DNA of 63,982 bases, the filler included, from Barthelona sp. PAP020 (taxonomy: Eukaryota): the NCBI GenBank assembly GCA_040182905.1. It is 9 parts of 9 records of this genome, joined end to end, with 100 filler letters (N's around TTAATTAATTAA, not from the genome) between each part and the next. Parts side by side here need not be neighbours in the genome. Positions count along the whole stretch, not along the records: positions 29,129 to 36,218 come from JARQWU010000509.1; positions 36,319 to 43,401 come from JARQWU010000510.1; 7 more parts are not named here. One strand, written 5' to 3'. The notes below the pieces were generated by a model. That model had not been told where the DNA came from and searched no databases. It saw only the letters and a program-made list of their open reading frames with translations. Below, one piece after another: positions 31,089-41,521 of the stretch. Made by a program: the position numbers and the translations under genes. How positions within the stretch are numbered: the stretch's first letter is position 1; every line of letters starts with the position of its first letter.

Positions 31089-32699
31089 ATGCAACGGAAT
31101 GTTATTTTATGTTTAATATTTATTTTTTTTGCAAAACAATATCTTTGTGTTGATTTAAATACAAAGTTAAACGAAATTGCCAATTCATTTGAAACTCTTG
31201 GTAACACCTTTGCGACTGTTTTGAATGATCCATTCCCTGTTGAAGATTGTGATATTACATATTGTTACAATCCTGAAACATTTAATAAATCTTCAATGGT
31301 TTGTGCTAGTCGATACAACAAAGAGGTTGATTGTGGTTGTACCCAACAATCAGTTGATTTTAACCATATTTGTGCTTTGAGTGGTGCACTTCCTGAATTA
31401 AGTGAGAAAGGCAAAGATGACATTTGTAGAGTTAAAAAGTTGGAGAAGGCTTTTTCTGATTATCTGAACTCAACAAGTATTTTAACCCATATCTACTTAG
31501 GGTTTCAGAGTTCTGGAGCATATGTTCAAATCCCTACCCAAAATTTTGCAACAGTGTCCAATGATCCATCTTGTACCGAAGATTGTTGTTCAAAAACAGG
31601 GGAATCCCAACACATTTGGTATGATTCTCGAACTAGACCATGGTATTGTGGGCTATCCATGTCCAAAAAGGATATCATTATTGTTGTTGATGTTTCTTCC
31701 TCAACGAAGTATTTGAATAAAATTGAATTGGTAAAGCAAGCTGTAACCACTGTTATTAAAACATTGACCCATTTAGACTATTTCAATGTGATTGTTTTTG
31801 GTTCTGAGGCAAAATATTTGATCCCCGAATTTACGGGGATGATTACCTCCACAAGTTATTATCGTGAACGATTTATTGAAGCTATGAACAATGTGGAACC
31901 TAGTGGAAGTACAAATTTTGAAGTGGCGTTTGACAAAGGATTTGAAGCACTAAAGTTAGGCATACACAACAATAATACTGCCAATTGTGCAAAAGGTCTA
32001 ATCTTTATCACCGATGGATCACTTAATCGTGGGACTCCAGATATTGTTCAACACGTTAATCGTTTAAATAGAGATGAGAATGGTAATCAACTGGTTCCTA
32101 TCTTCACTTTTGGTCTTGGATACTCTGCAGATGAAACCTTTTTGCATCAGATAGCGTGTGAAAATGGAGGAATCTTTAAGAAGCTAGTAGGGGGTGACAA
32201 TATTGCTTTTGAATTCTCGCAATATACGCAGTTTTTTGCCAGAGAATTCAAGCACACGGGAGCTCCCATATTCACTGAAATCTTTGAGGGTGCTGCTATT
32301 TTTGAAGGAAAAATGTTTGTGAGTGTTGGAAAACCTATCTTTAATCCATCCGGTGAATTAAGCAGTGTAATAATGGGAGAGATATGGTTTGATGATTTGC
32401 TTGCATTAGCCGGTGATATTGATGCTTTAAATCAAACATTGACTTCAATTACTTCAAAGTGTCCAGCTTATGAACCTTTATCTGCCAGTGAATTGGAAAA
32501 AATGAGACCTTTAGAATATCGCTGTACTAAACCTGAAAAATATTCTGATAGTCTCTTGGTTGGTTCCTCGATTGGATTTGGTCTTCTTTTCATTTGCTAT
32601 ACTTGTTATCAATATTTGGCGAAATTGTTAAGTTTTGTTGTGTTAAAAACTTCAAGCAAATACTGTGCTGATGATAGTGATGAAACAAGTATTGATTGA
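31089..32699 (+). CDS. Secreted/membrane VWA protein of calcium-channel alpha2delta type
   Basis: Signal peptide; YDSRTRPWY, KDIIIVVDVSSS, ITDG, IACENGG; C-terminal transmembrane helix. Confidence 0.85.
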   Translation: MQRNVILCLIFIFFAKQYLCVDLNTKLNEIANSFETLGNTFATVLNDPFPVEDCDITYCYNPETFNKSSMVCASRYNKEVDCGCTQQSVDFNHICALSGALPELSEKGKDDICRVKKLEKAFSDYLNSTSILTHIYLGFQSSGAYVQIPTQNFATVSNDPSCTEDCCSKTGESQHIWYDSRTRPWYCGLSMSKKDIIIVVDVSSSTKYLNKIELVKQAVTTVIKTLTHLDYFNVIVFGSEAKYLIPEFTGMITSTSYYRERFIEAMNNVEPSGSTNFEVAFDKGFEALKLGIHNNNTANCAKGLIFITDGSLNRGTPDIVQHVNRLNRDENGNQLVPIFTFGLGYSADETFLHQIACENGGIFKKLVGGDNIAFEFSQYTQFFAREFKHTGAPIFTEIFEGAAIFEGKMFVSVGKPIFNPSGELSSVIMGEIWFDDLLALAGDIDALNQTLTSITSKCPAYEPLSASELEKMRPLEYRCTKPEKYSDSLLVGSSIGFGLLFICYTCYQYLAKLLSFVVLKTSSKYCADDSDETSID

Positions 32700-32835
32700 T
32701 TTCCCTGTTGAAAAAATTGAAAATTTTAAAAAAAAATTGGTTTAATTATTTGATCTTTTAAAGTTTTCGAATTTTTTATGTAAAATTTTGGTTTATTTTT
32801 TAAATTTTGATTTCAATAAACACAGGGCGTTAAAT

Positions 32836-32970
32836 CTGTGTTGAAAATTGAAACTAAGAATAAATTATGTTGGTCTTAGCCCTAATCAATTTTCCATGAT
32901 CTGCTGAATCTATTAGTTTCTTGCTTTTGGCGATCGAACACAGAGTTTCGACTTGACAAAGATTCAAAGG
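32836..32970 (-). ncRNA. Candidate box H/ACA RNA
   Basis: Hairpin TGAATCT/AGATTCA - AGATCA (ANANNA) - hairpin GAAAATTGA/TCAATTTTC - ACA; ~135 nt. Confidence 0.45.
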
Positions 32971-33114
32971 AATAGGAGCGTTTTGCCTTTTATTACACTT
33001 GCTAGGAATTATCAATCCCAAATTTTTTTATCATTACAACATGAATTATTTATCAATCACGTGTAAATATGTAAATATCAAAGAATAGACATCAGGAAAT
33101 TGGAAAATCAAAAT

Positions 33115-35271
33115 TCACACCACAAAGTTCGGCTTTTTTAAATCAGCTGCAATGAATTCTTGGATAGGTACATTTTGATTCAAATTTCTCCATCCACTGC
33201 ACAATAAACGTGTTCCATCATGGTTCAGTGCCATAGATCTGATCTCAAAAGACACAAACACTTTTTGTAGCACTTCCCCTGTCTCTATTTTACTCACAGC
33301 AAACGATCTGTCGGTAGAGCACGAATAAATCAAAGAACCATCATGGGAGAAAACAGTGAAGTATATCACACCATCATGAACCTTATAATTTCTCAAAAAA
33401 TCTCTGGATTCAACATCAAATATTCTGATTGAACCATTATAGTCACCTGTTGCCCAATAATTTCCATCGGGTGAGAAGCTTCCTGATATAACCCACTTAC
33501 CATTATGACTCCACGTGTGAAGCTCTTCATATGTATCCAATGAAAACAACTTCGAACATCCATCTTCACTAACAGAAGCGAAGTACTTCATATTAGGACT
33601 AATAGACACAGACCAAACCCAACTTTCATGTGCTCGAGATTCAAGCAACTTATGACCTTCAACAGTGTATATAGCAATGTAACCATTATGCATACCAAAA
33701 GAAACCAGTCTGCCATCTGGTGAGAACCACACACGATATACATTATTAGTCAAATTCCTGATCACTTTAATGGTTCTCCATGTATCAATTTCGATGATAT
33801 AAATTGATCGATCACATCCACCTACAGTCAAAAGTTTGGAATTTGGACTAAAATTGAGACCAAAAGCCTCAACATAATTCCCTTCATACACAATTTCATA
33901 TGTTTCAGTGCTGTATACTCTCAGCAATTTAGTTAGACGTCCTGCAACCGCAAAATATTGTCCATCAGAACTATAATCTACAGCCCAAACATCTATATCT
34001 GGAAATATTTGATCAAACACTGGATTCTCTTCAAACCTTTTGAAAACATGACAAAACTGATTTCTTTGTTCAACAGGCCGATGTCCATCATTGTTTTTTG
34101 AAAGTTCACTCAATTCGCTGATTAAATAATTGATTTGATTGACTAGTCTTTGGTTTTCATTTGATAATTTCTTTTTAGCTTCTTCAAGACAATCAATATG
34201 TTTGGTTAGCTTGTTATTTTCATCCCCTAATTTGTTTTTGTCTCTTTTTAAATCATCAACTTGCCTTATCAAACTTTGAACCCGTTCTTGATATAATACG
34301 TTTTCGTCCTTTAACTTTGAATTCTCCTTCATCAGCCTCTTCTCCTCAAATCCCAATCCCTCAAAACGCTCAATCAGCATCTGCAAATACTCAGTAATCT
34401 CGCTAAAGGTTGGTCTTTCAGCTGGATCAAGTGTCAAACACCTCTTGATGATTCCAAAACCTGGTAATGTATCCAACAATTCCTTATCAAACGGAAATTG
34501 ACCCCTGCTTAGCTTAATCGCAACCTGAAAGTCGGTCAACCCCTCAAAAGGAACAAACTCAGAAATAACCTGTGTCAACATAACACCAAATGACCAGACA
34601 TCTGCTGGCATAGCCTTGATAAATTCAGACTCATTAGCCAATTCAGGAGCAGTATACCTCACTGCACCCATCATTGAATTGGCTGAACTTCTGCTTGCAT
34701 CACGAACAAGCCCAAAATCAGCAATTGCTGGTGTGTATACCCCATCAACTCCAAGCCTTAACAAAATATTGTTTGGTTTCAAATCTCTGTGCATAACACC
34801 TTTTTGGTGGCAAAACTCAAGAGTAGAAGAAACCTGCATCATAATGACCAACTTTTCTTTCAATGATAACTCAGGAATTATGTCTTCAAGAACACTTTCA
34901 CAATACTCCATTACAACACCTTTTTTACCGTCAATCTCAGTCACCCCAAAAACTTGTCGAATGAATGGATGATCCAATACCATCGCAAAACATTCTCGAT
35001 CAAATTCATATTTTTCAATCTTTCTCGTGAAGAACTTAATTATAAAAAATTTTCCAAGTCGCTTTGCAAGATGCAAGTAACTCCCACTTCCTGAAGCAAC
35101 ATTTCTTTCAACTACTTCAAACTCACTTCCAGGAATGCTAACATCACTAGATTTGATAAAATTATCCAATTTTTCAAAAGCATCATTGTTTGGCTCTTCA
35201 ACTATTTTTCTAGGTTTCGTTGAATATTGCTCTAGTTTTTTTAATCCCTCAGTTTCTTGAAAGATGAACAT
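33115..35271 (-). CDS. TKL-type kinase + coiled coil + WD40 propeller
   Basis: HRDLKPNN, DFG, YTAPE, DVWSFG; heptads; about 7 WD repeats; first in-frame ATG at 35271. Confidence 0.93.
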   Translation of the reverse strand: MFIFQETEGLKKLEQYSTKPRKIVEEPNNDAFEKLDNFIKSSDVSIPGSEFEVVERNVASGSGSYLHLAKRLGKFFIIKFFTRKIEKYEFDRECFAMVLDHPFIRQVFGVTEIDGKKGVVMEYCESVLEDIIPELSLKEKLVIMMQVSSTLEFCHQKGVMHRDLKPNNILLRLGVDGVYTPAIADFGLVRDASRSSANSMMGAVRYTAPELANESEFIKAMPADVWSFGVMLTQVISEFVPFEGLTDFQVAIKLSRGQFPFDKELLDTLPGFGIIKRCLTLDPAERPTFSEITEYLQMLIERFEGLGFEEKRLMKENSKLKDENVLYQERVQSLIRQVDDLKRDKNKLGDENNKLTKHIDCLEEAKKKLSNENQRLVNQINYLISELSELSKNNDGHRPVEQRNQFCHVFKRFEENPVFDQIFPDIDVWAVDYSSDGQYFAVAGRLTKLLRVYSTETYEIVYEGNYVEAFGLNFSPNSKLLTVGGCDRSIYIIEIDTWRTIKVIRNLTNNVYRVWFSPDGRLVSFGMHNGYIAIYTVEGHKLLESRAHESWVWSVSISPNMKYFASVSEDGCSKLFSLDTYEELHTWSHNGKWVISGSFSPDGNYWATGDYNGSIRIFDVESRDFLRNYKVHDGVIYFTVFSHDGSLIYSCSTDRSFAVSKIETGEVLQKVFVSFEIRSMALNHDGTRLLCSGWRNLNQNVPIQEFIAADLKKPNFVV

Positions 35272-35880
35272 AAGAAAATAAAACAAAGACAAAAGAACAC
35301 ATAATGATTTCAATCTTTTCTTTTCTTTTTTGCTTTTTAAAGTCTTTTATTTTATTCTTGAATTCTTAAAAAATAATGAAAATGTGCATGAAAAGAACCT
35401 TTTATAAAGAAATTTCATTTTTATTTATTCGTTCATATTTATGTCAGGGAAACTAATTTTAAAAACTATTTTTCAATAATTATAGTTACTTCAAATATTT
35501 ATGCTTTTGTTGGAAATGGTTTATTTAATGATTCAAAGGTTTCAAACATTCGTTCTCCATAAATAATGATTCCCTAGCAAATGGAAATCCTGAACTTCAA
35601 CTTTTTTTGTTTGTGTTTTTGATTAAAAGAACAAATTATCAACAAAATACTTCAATTTTTTTCTTTTTATTTGACAGAGAAAAGAAATTATCAAATATTG
35701 AACATAAAGTTGTTGAATATTTAAATGTTTAAGATGTTCTATCCACAAAGTTATTCTTTGGCTAAGAAACACTATCTGTATGAATGAATAAGAAGGAATA
35801 TTGTTTGTTTAATTAAAAGAACTCAAGGCCCAATTGAATTGTTGAGACTTTAAGTTTTTCCAAAGAAGACAAAATTTTGC

Positions 35881-36200
35881 AATTATTTCCAAGTCAAGAA
35901 GCACTGTGCGTGTGAGTGAATAAAAAGAATGTTGTTTATTTGGCTAAAGGCTTTGAGGCCCGATTGATCTGTTGAAAAACTTTGGCTTTTCTAAGGTAGA
36001 GTCTAAACTTTAAAATTTTGCTTTTGCAAAAATACAAAAAAATAGGAATGAAGAATTTCTCCAAAATTCTCCTACTGATTGTTCAAATTTCATTTCAGTC
36101 CCTCAATTCCCCTCCTGGGATTTTGACTGAAATTTGCTAGAATGAGTTTTCTGAGTTTACTTTCTTTGTAAATAAATATAGTTGTTTCACAACTGGATCA
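35881..36200 (-). repeat. Dispersed repeat family 2, near full-length copy
   Basis: Reverse complement of 28650-28933 plus the CACAGTG tail. Confidence 0.92.
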
Positions 36201-36319
36201 AATAAATATAGTTATTTCNNNNNNNNNNNNNNNNNNNNNNNNNNNNNNNNNNNNNNNNNNNNTTAATTAATTAANNNNNNNNNNNNNNNNNNNNNNNNNN
36301 NNNNNNNNNNNNNNNNNNT

Positions 36320-36802
36320 CAACGTCTTTCTCAATCTTCTGAGTTTATGCAAACTCAAGGTCATGCTGCTGCTATGGAGCTAAAGGATTACTTGGATGAA
36401 AAAGTTCATTCCAGACACAAATTTCATCAGAATGTTGATGATTTGCTCATTGATTTCAATCTGAAGAATGGCAATATTAAAGAGGCATTAATCCCTTTGG
36501 AAAGAAGTGTTGAACGTTTGAAAGATCGAGATGTTTATGCACAGTACTCTTCAGTGTTGGTCAGATACCTTTTCAGATATGTCCATATCTTGAATGAATC
36601 AGTTGAGCTTCTTTTGAAAAAGAAAAAACAATTGAGCAAAGTTGAAAAGACCACATTGAAACTTCATGTAAGTTTGCGAAAGATAAATGCAGATTTGATG
36701 GTTGAGACAGCAAAAATTATTTACGGTGAGACACATCCAATATTTGAAAGATATTCTGCCATGCAATCTTTTTTTGATACTCAACGCATTCGCAATAAAT
36801 AG
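36320..36802 (+). CDS. 3' fragment of a helical protein, possibly SMYD-type C-terminal domain
   Basis: Open from contig edge; AKIIYGETHPIF resembles the SMYD C-terminal xGxxHP motif. Confidence 0.45.
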   Translation, partial: QRLSQSSEFMQTQGHAAAMELKDYLDEKVHSRHKFHQNVDDLLIDFNLKNGNIKEALIPLERSVERLKDRDVYAQYSSVLVRYLFRYVHILNESVELLLKKKKQLSKVEKTTLKLHVSLRKINADLMVETAKIIYGETHPIFERYSAMQSFFDTQRIRNK

Positions 36803-37037
36803 TTTTGTTATTTTTGTTTTAACTGATATTTTTTTTGTTCAATGTTGTTGGTTTATCAATATATGGGTAGTTGCCAAAATAGAGAAAGTTTTGAAAAATG
36901 AAATAAACAAATTGAATCAAAGATATTTTTGATTGAGTATAAACACAGTTTAACGGTTCAATAAGACAAACAAATTGGATTGAGGGTGATTTTATGTTAT
37001 TTCATTTTTTTTTTGTTTTAACTTTAATTTTTGATCC

Positions 37038-38094
37038 ATGCCACCAAAAACGAATGAAAAAGTATTAAGATCGAAAGCTAAAGTATTTGCGAACGTGAAT
37101 GAGAATATGCCTGAAAGCTATTGGGACTATGAAAATTATCAATTGACTTGGGGGTTTTATTATTTCTTTATTTAAAATCTAACTGTTCAGAAATCAAGAT
37201 CGTTATGAAATTATAAAAAAAATTGGTAGAGGAAAGTATTCTGATGTGTTTGATGGTTGGGACACTGAAAAGGAAGAAAAAGTTGTAATTAAAGTTTTAA
37301 AGCCTGTCAAAAAGAAAAAAATTAAGCGTGAAATTAAAATTCTTGAGAATGTTCGTGGCGGACCAAATATTATTGGCCTTGTTGATGTTGTTCGTGATTC
37401 ACAAAGTCGAGTTCCTGCCTTAATATTTGATACAATGGATACTGTATCTTATCGTGAATTATGGCCTGTATTAACAGATGTTGATATGAGACATTACTTG
37501 TTCCAATTATTAAGAGCTTTAAATTATTGTCATTCCAAAGGCATCATGCATAGAGATGTTAAACCGCATAATTTGATCATAAATCCTGCTAAAAGACAGC
37601 TAAAATTACTGGATTTTGGATTAGCAGAATTTTATCATCCTAATCTTCAGTATAATGTCAGAGTTGCTTCTAGATTTTTTAAACCTCCTGAATTATTGGT
37701 TTATCCTCAACAAGCTTATTATGATTATTCGCTAGATCTTTGGTCTTTTGGTTGTGTAATGGCTGGGCTAATTTTTTCTAAAGAGCCTTTTTTTAGAGGA
37801 AAGAGTAATCCAGACCAATTATTAAAAATAGTTCGTGTTTTAGGAACCGACGCTTTTAATGAGTATCTTGATAAATATTCCATAACTCTTGATTTTAGCA
37901 TTCGCAGAATTATTGGCATACATCAAAGAGTGCCATGGAATTCATTTATTAATACTGAAAATGAACATGTTGTGACACCTGAAGCAATAGATCTTCTTGA
38001 CCAACTTTTAAGGTTTGATCAACAAGATCGTCCAACTGCTCAAGAAGCTATGGATCATTGTTACTTTGATTCTGTTCGCAATGAATATGTCTAA
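37038..38094 (+). CDS. CKA1: Casein kinase II alpha; exons 37038-37153 and 37191-38094
   Basis: YWDYE...[48 protein letters not shown]. Confidence 0.97.
37154..37190 (+). other. 37-nt intron in CK2-alpha
   Basis: GTTTTA...ATCTAACTGTTCAG; removal restores WGNQD. Confidence 0.92.
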
Positions 38095-38170
38095 CCTTAA
38101 TAAACAAAAAACTTTCTTTTTTATCAATAATAAAAAAATAAGAAGGACAATACCGTTTATGTGAAAACAA

Positions 38171-38926
38171 CTAGTTCATACGCATAATGAGATCATTAAT
38201 GCATTCTTCTTGGTTACCATAATAACCACCTTCAATGAAATGACGACGTTTGTTACCCATTCCACCCTTAGCAGAATTTAATTTGAAAGGCCAGAGGAAG
38301 TGAGTAGCTTCACGGAAATGAGGACCAGCAGTATAGATTTCGTGAACTAAATCATCAACAGAAATAATATCAACCTTTCCAAGAGCTTCTTCAACAACTT
38401 GGTTGGAAGAAAGAGGAATACGTTGATTGTTTAATTTGGCAAAACCACGCTTATATACAAGCTCACGAATGCTCTTTAAGGAAGGATAACCATAAGCAAT
38501 GTAAGGTTCAACTAAACGAAGCATAGGAATGGTGGCCTTGTTTAACTTAACGAAAACACCATTGTTAATTTGACGAAGTCTAAGCAATTGAAGAATCTTT
38601 TTAGTTTTGGGAGCCATAGCATTGATACCGCGAATACGAATGACAAAAGCAACCTTAGCTTCAGGAGGAACATAGAAATTACCAGTAGCTTTGGCTTCTC
38701 TAGTGAGACGAAGTTGTTCAGCTTCTTCAAGTTGATATTCCTTGACATACTTTTCAGCACGCTTTAAAATAACATCACGTTTTTGACGGTTGGCACGAAT
38801 TTGTTCATTAGTGGCAGCTTCGGCAACAGAACGAGACTTTTCGAGGATTCTTCTTCTTTTGAGAATTGTTTCAGGAACGGCACCCTTCCTATAAATTAGT
38901 TATGGTGTTTAAATAATGGTATACAT
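38171..38926 (-). CDS. RPL7: 60S ribosomal protein uL30/L7; start codon split by intron 38889-38924
   Basis: MKGAVPETILKRRR...KRAEKYVKEY...GNFYVPPEAKVAFVIRIRGIN...LWPFKLNS. Confidence 0.96.
38889..38924 (-). other. 36-nt intron inside the RPL7 ATG
   Basis: AT|GTATAC...AACTAATTTATAG|G. Confidence 0.88.
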
Positions 38927-39054
38927 TTCTTAAATTGGAAAACGGATAAAGAAATTCTTGAAAGAATTTTTTTTTTTGTCAAAATTGTTTCAAACTTTTT
39001 TTCAATTTTTTCTTTTCCTTTCATTTTGAACTACAATCAGTAACTTCAACATCT

Positions 39055-39294
39055 ATGTCTAACTTTGACAACAACACTTTTTGTAGTAATTTTGCCAGTG
39101 CATATTTGTCTCAAAGAAATGTTCAAGTACCACCGGAAGCGTTAGAGGAATTTACCACTTTGACAAATAACTTTATTGATAGAGTTGTTGAATCAGCAGC
39201 AATATTGGCACAATCTCGTTCTTCGACTGAAATAACAAAAGAAGACATAGAATTTGTTTTGGAACATTTTTATACTAAAAAACAGTCCATATAG
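39055..39294 (+). CDS. TAF12: Minimal histone-fold TFIID subunit 12-like protein
   Basis: NFIDRVVESAAILAQSRSSTEITKEDIEFVLE. Confidence 0.75.
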   Translation: MSNFDNNTFCSNFASAYLSQRNVQVPPEALEEFTTLTNNFIDRVVESAAILAQSRSSTEITKEDIEFVLEHFYTKKQSI

Positions 39295-39364
39295 TTGTTT
39301 AATTTAATAGTTTTTTTTGTAAATAATAGTCTACATCTCTATTTTATTTTATTTTTGCTTTTTG

Positions 39365-40837
39365 ATGAGTATTGAAGTTGCAATTGAAAATGAAGAGTAT
39401 ATTTCATATGTTTATTAAATTATCTAACATGTTAGGGTAATTAAATTGATACTTCAATTTTTGGAGGAAAATAATTTGGAAAAAGCGTTTCAAACTTTGA
39501 GCGAAAGCAGTGGAATTTATTACAATAAATATATTACGGAAAATTTGCTCAGAGAATGGATTTATGAAGGGGATTTGAAACATTTTTTGGATGAAATGAA
39601 TTTATTTCATTTAGAAGGTGCATTTTTAAAGCGAATATTTTATTTAATGGTAATTATAAATTGTAAAAAGGCAAAGCGAGTTGAAATACAATATATTACA
39701 GATTTGATGAATGTTTATGGTTTTGAAATTGATGGTCGTTTGCAGTTTTGCATTAATAATTTGACAAGATATGATGAATATTACAGTAAAGGTATAGATA
39801 ATGAGGTAAATGAAGTCATTTTAAGGTTACAAAAATCAATGACAAGGATTGAATCAAATAAATTAATCAACATAATTGGGACATATCTGCAGAAGAAATT
39901 ACTATTGGAAGAAAAAGAAAAAAGTGATGATGAGTTGTCATATTATTCATTGATACAAGATACATATGTAGAAAAATATATTGAAATGCCGGTCAATTCA
40001 ATTCACTTAACAACTCTTTCGATGAATAAAATAATATCTGTTGCTTGTACAAAAGAGCATATATATTGTCTTACAGTTAATTATTTTCAAAAGTTCTCAA
40101 AAAGTTTACAATTGATTTCTTACGAACCCTTATCAATTAAGTATGATAATATATATGTGAATGAAGAAAATGAAGTTATTTTGGCATGTGATGATCAAAT
40201 TAGGTTGATGAATCAAAACACCATCATTAGCATACCTTTTTGTTCACAATTATTGTTTTATGATGGTTATCAATGTTTTTGTAGATCAAATGAGGCTATT
40301 TTGCAAATAAATTTGAGAAACAGAACAGTATTGAGAAGATTTCAATGTGATGGCTCAATTCAGTGTTATTGTATGGGTTTAAATCGATTGATTGTGTGTT
40401 TGGACAAAAAAATCTTGACGTTTTCTTTGATAGATGGAAGATTAAAGGAGGAAATTGATCTAACTGGTTTATTATCTGTTGATGGAACTCTTATGGATAT
40501 TTTTTATTCGCAAGAAAAGGAATGTTTGCTTATCGTTTCAAGCAATTCAATTTTTAAGGTGGATGTCACCAGAAATAAAAAAATAAAAATTTCCAACGAA
40601 AATTGCCTTTTCGATTTTAGTGCAGATACTGTAAAATTATGCTGTATTTCTCCCAAATTTCAGTATTTATATTGTTTTATGCTGTCTAAGAATGGTCACG
40701 CAACTTTACGTTCATTGAATTTGAGTTCACATGAAATATCAACTTTGTATCTTCAAAATCATTTAAAACTTTTGAAATTATTCAAAAATTTTGTGTTGGC
40801 TGTTGATTCAAACGATACTATTGTTCTGTTCCAGTAA
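39365..40837 (+). CDS. SMU1: SMU1-like LisH/CTLH + degenerate WD40 protein; intron 39397-39435
   Basis: Spliced N-terminus MSIEVAIENEEVIKLILQFLEENNLEKAFQTLSESSGI matches the SMU1 LisH start. Confidence 0.7.
39397..39435 (+). other. 39-nt intron in SMU1-like gene
   Basis: GTATAT...ATCTAACATGTTAG; joins ATG exon in frame. Confidence 0.9.
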
Positions 40838-40957
40838 ATCGAATATTTTATTTTATTTTAATTTATTTATTTTATTTTATTTTTAATTCACTTATAAAAG
40901 AAAAAGAATTTTTCATTGATACAATAAACTTACGCATACAATCTAGTTCATAAATAC

Positions 40958-41394
40958 AATTGGTCCAGTTGTGAAACAACTATATTTATTTATAAAGAAA
41001 AAGCAACGAAAGAAAACTCTTTTCCCTGAATTTCAGTCACAGCAAATGTGTTGCCTATAATTGAATATTGCATATCAAGTATGAAAATTTTGGTCAAGTT
41101 GTGAAACAACTAAAAAAATATTCAAAGAAAAAGCAATTAGGGAAAACTCATTTCATTAAGTCTCAGCCACAGAAAATGAGTGGCTGTAATTGAATCTTGG
41201 TCATAAAGTATGAAAATTTTGGAAAAATTTTCCATTCCTATTATATTTTATATTTTTGCAAAGGCAAAATTTTAAAGTTTGAACTTTATCTTTGAAAATC
41301 TAAAGTTTTTCAACAGATCAATCGGGCCTCGAAAGACATCAACAAAAAAAAACACTGTTCTTTTTTATTCACTCATACGCACAGTGCTTCTTGG
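40958..41394 (+). repeat. Dispersed repeat family 2 copy with internal ~130-bp tandem duplication
   Basis: TTGGTC(C/A)AGTTGTGAAACAACTA at 40960 and 41090; same 3' tail as other copies. Confidence 0.9.
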
Positions 41395-41521
41395 TACTAA
41401 GTATTTTGGTCAAAAATCTCTATTTATTTATGAAACAACATGATTATTTATTGGCAGTATCAAAAAAAAAAAATATAAAAAAAAAGGAGAATTTTATTGA
41501 TTTGAAACAAATTTGAAATTG

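Noticed and set aside
32875..32887. CCCTAA as telomerase template
   Set aside because: Single repeat with no proper alignment region; expected by chance
32975..33030. U5 snRNA loop-like GCCTTTTAT
   Set aside because: Flanking stem pairs poorly and there is no proper Sm site
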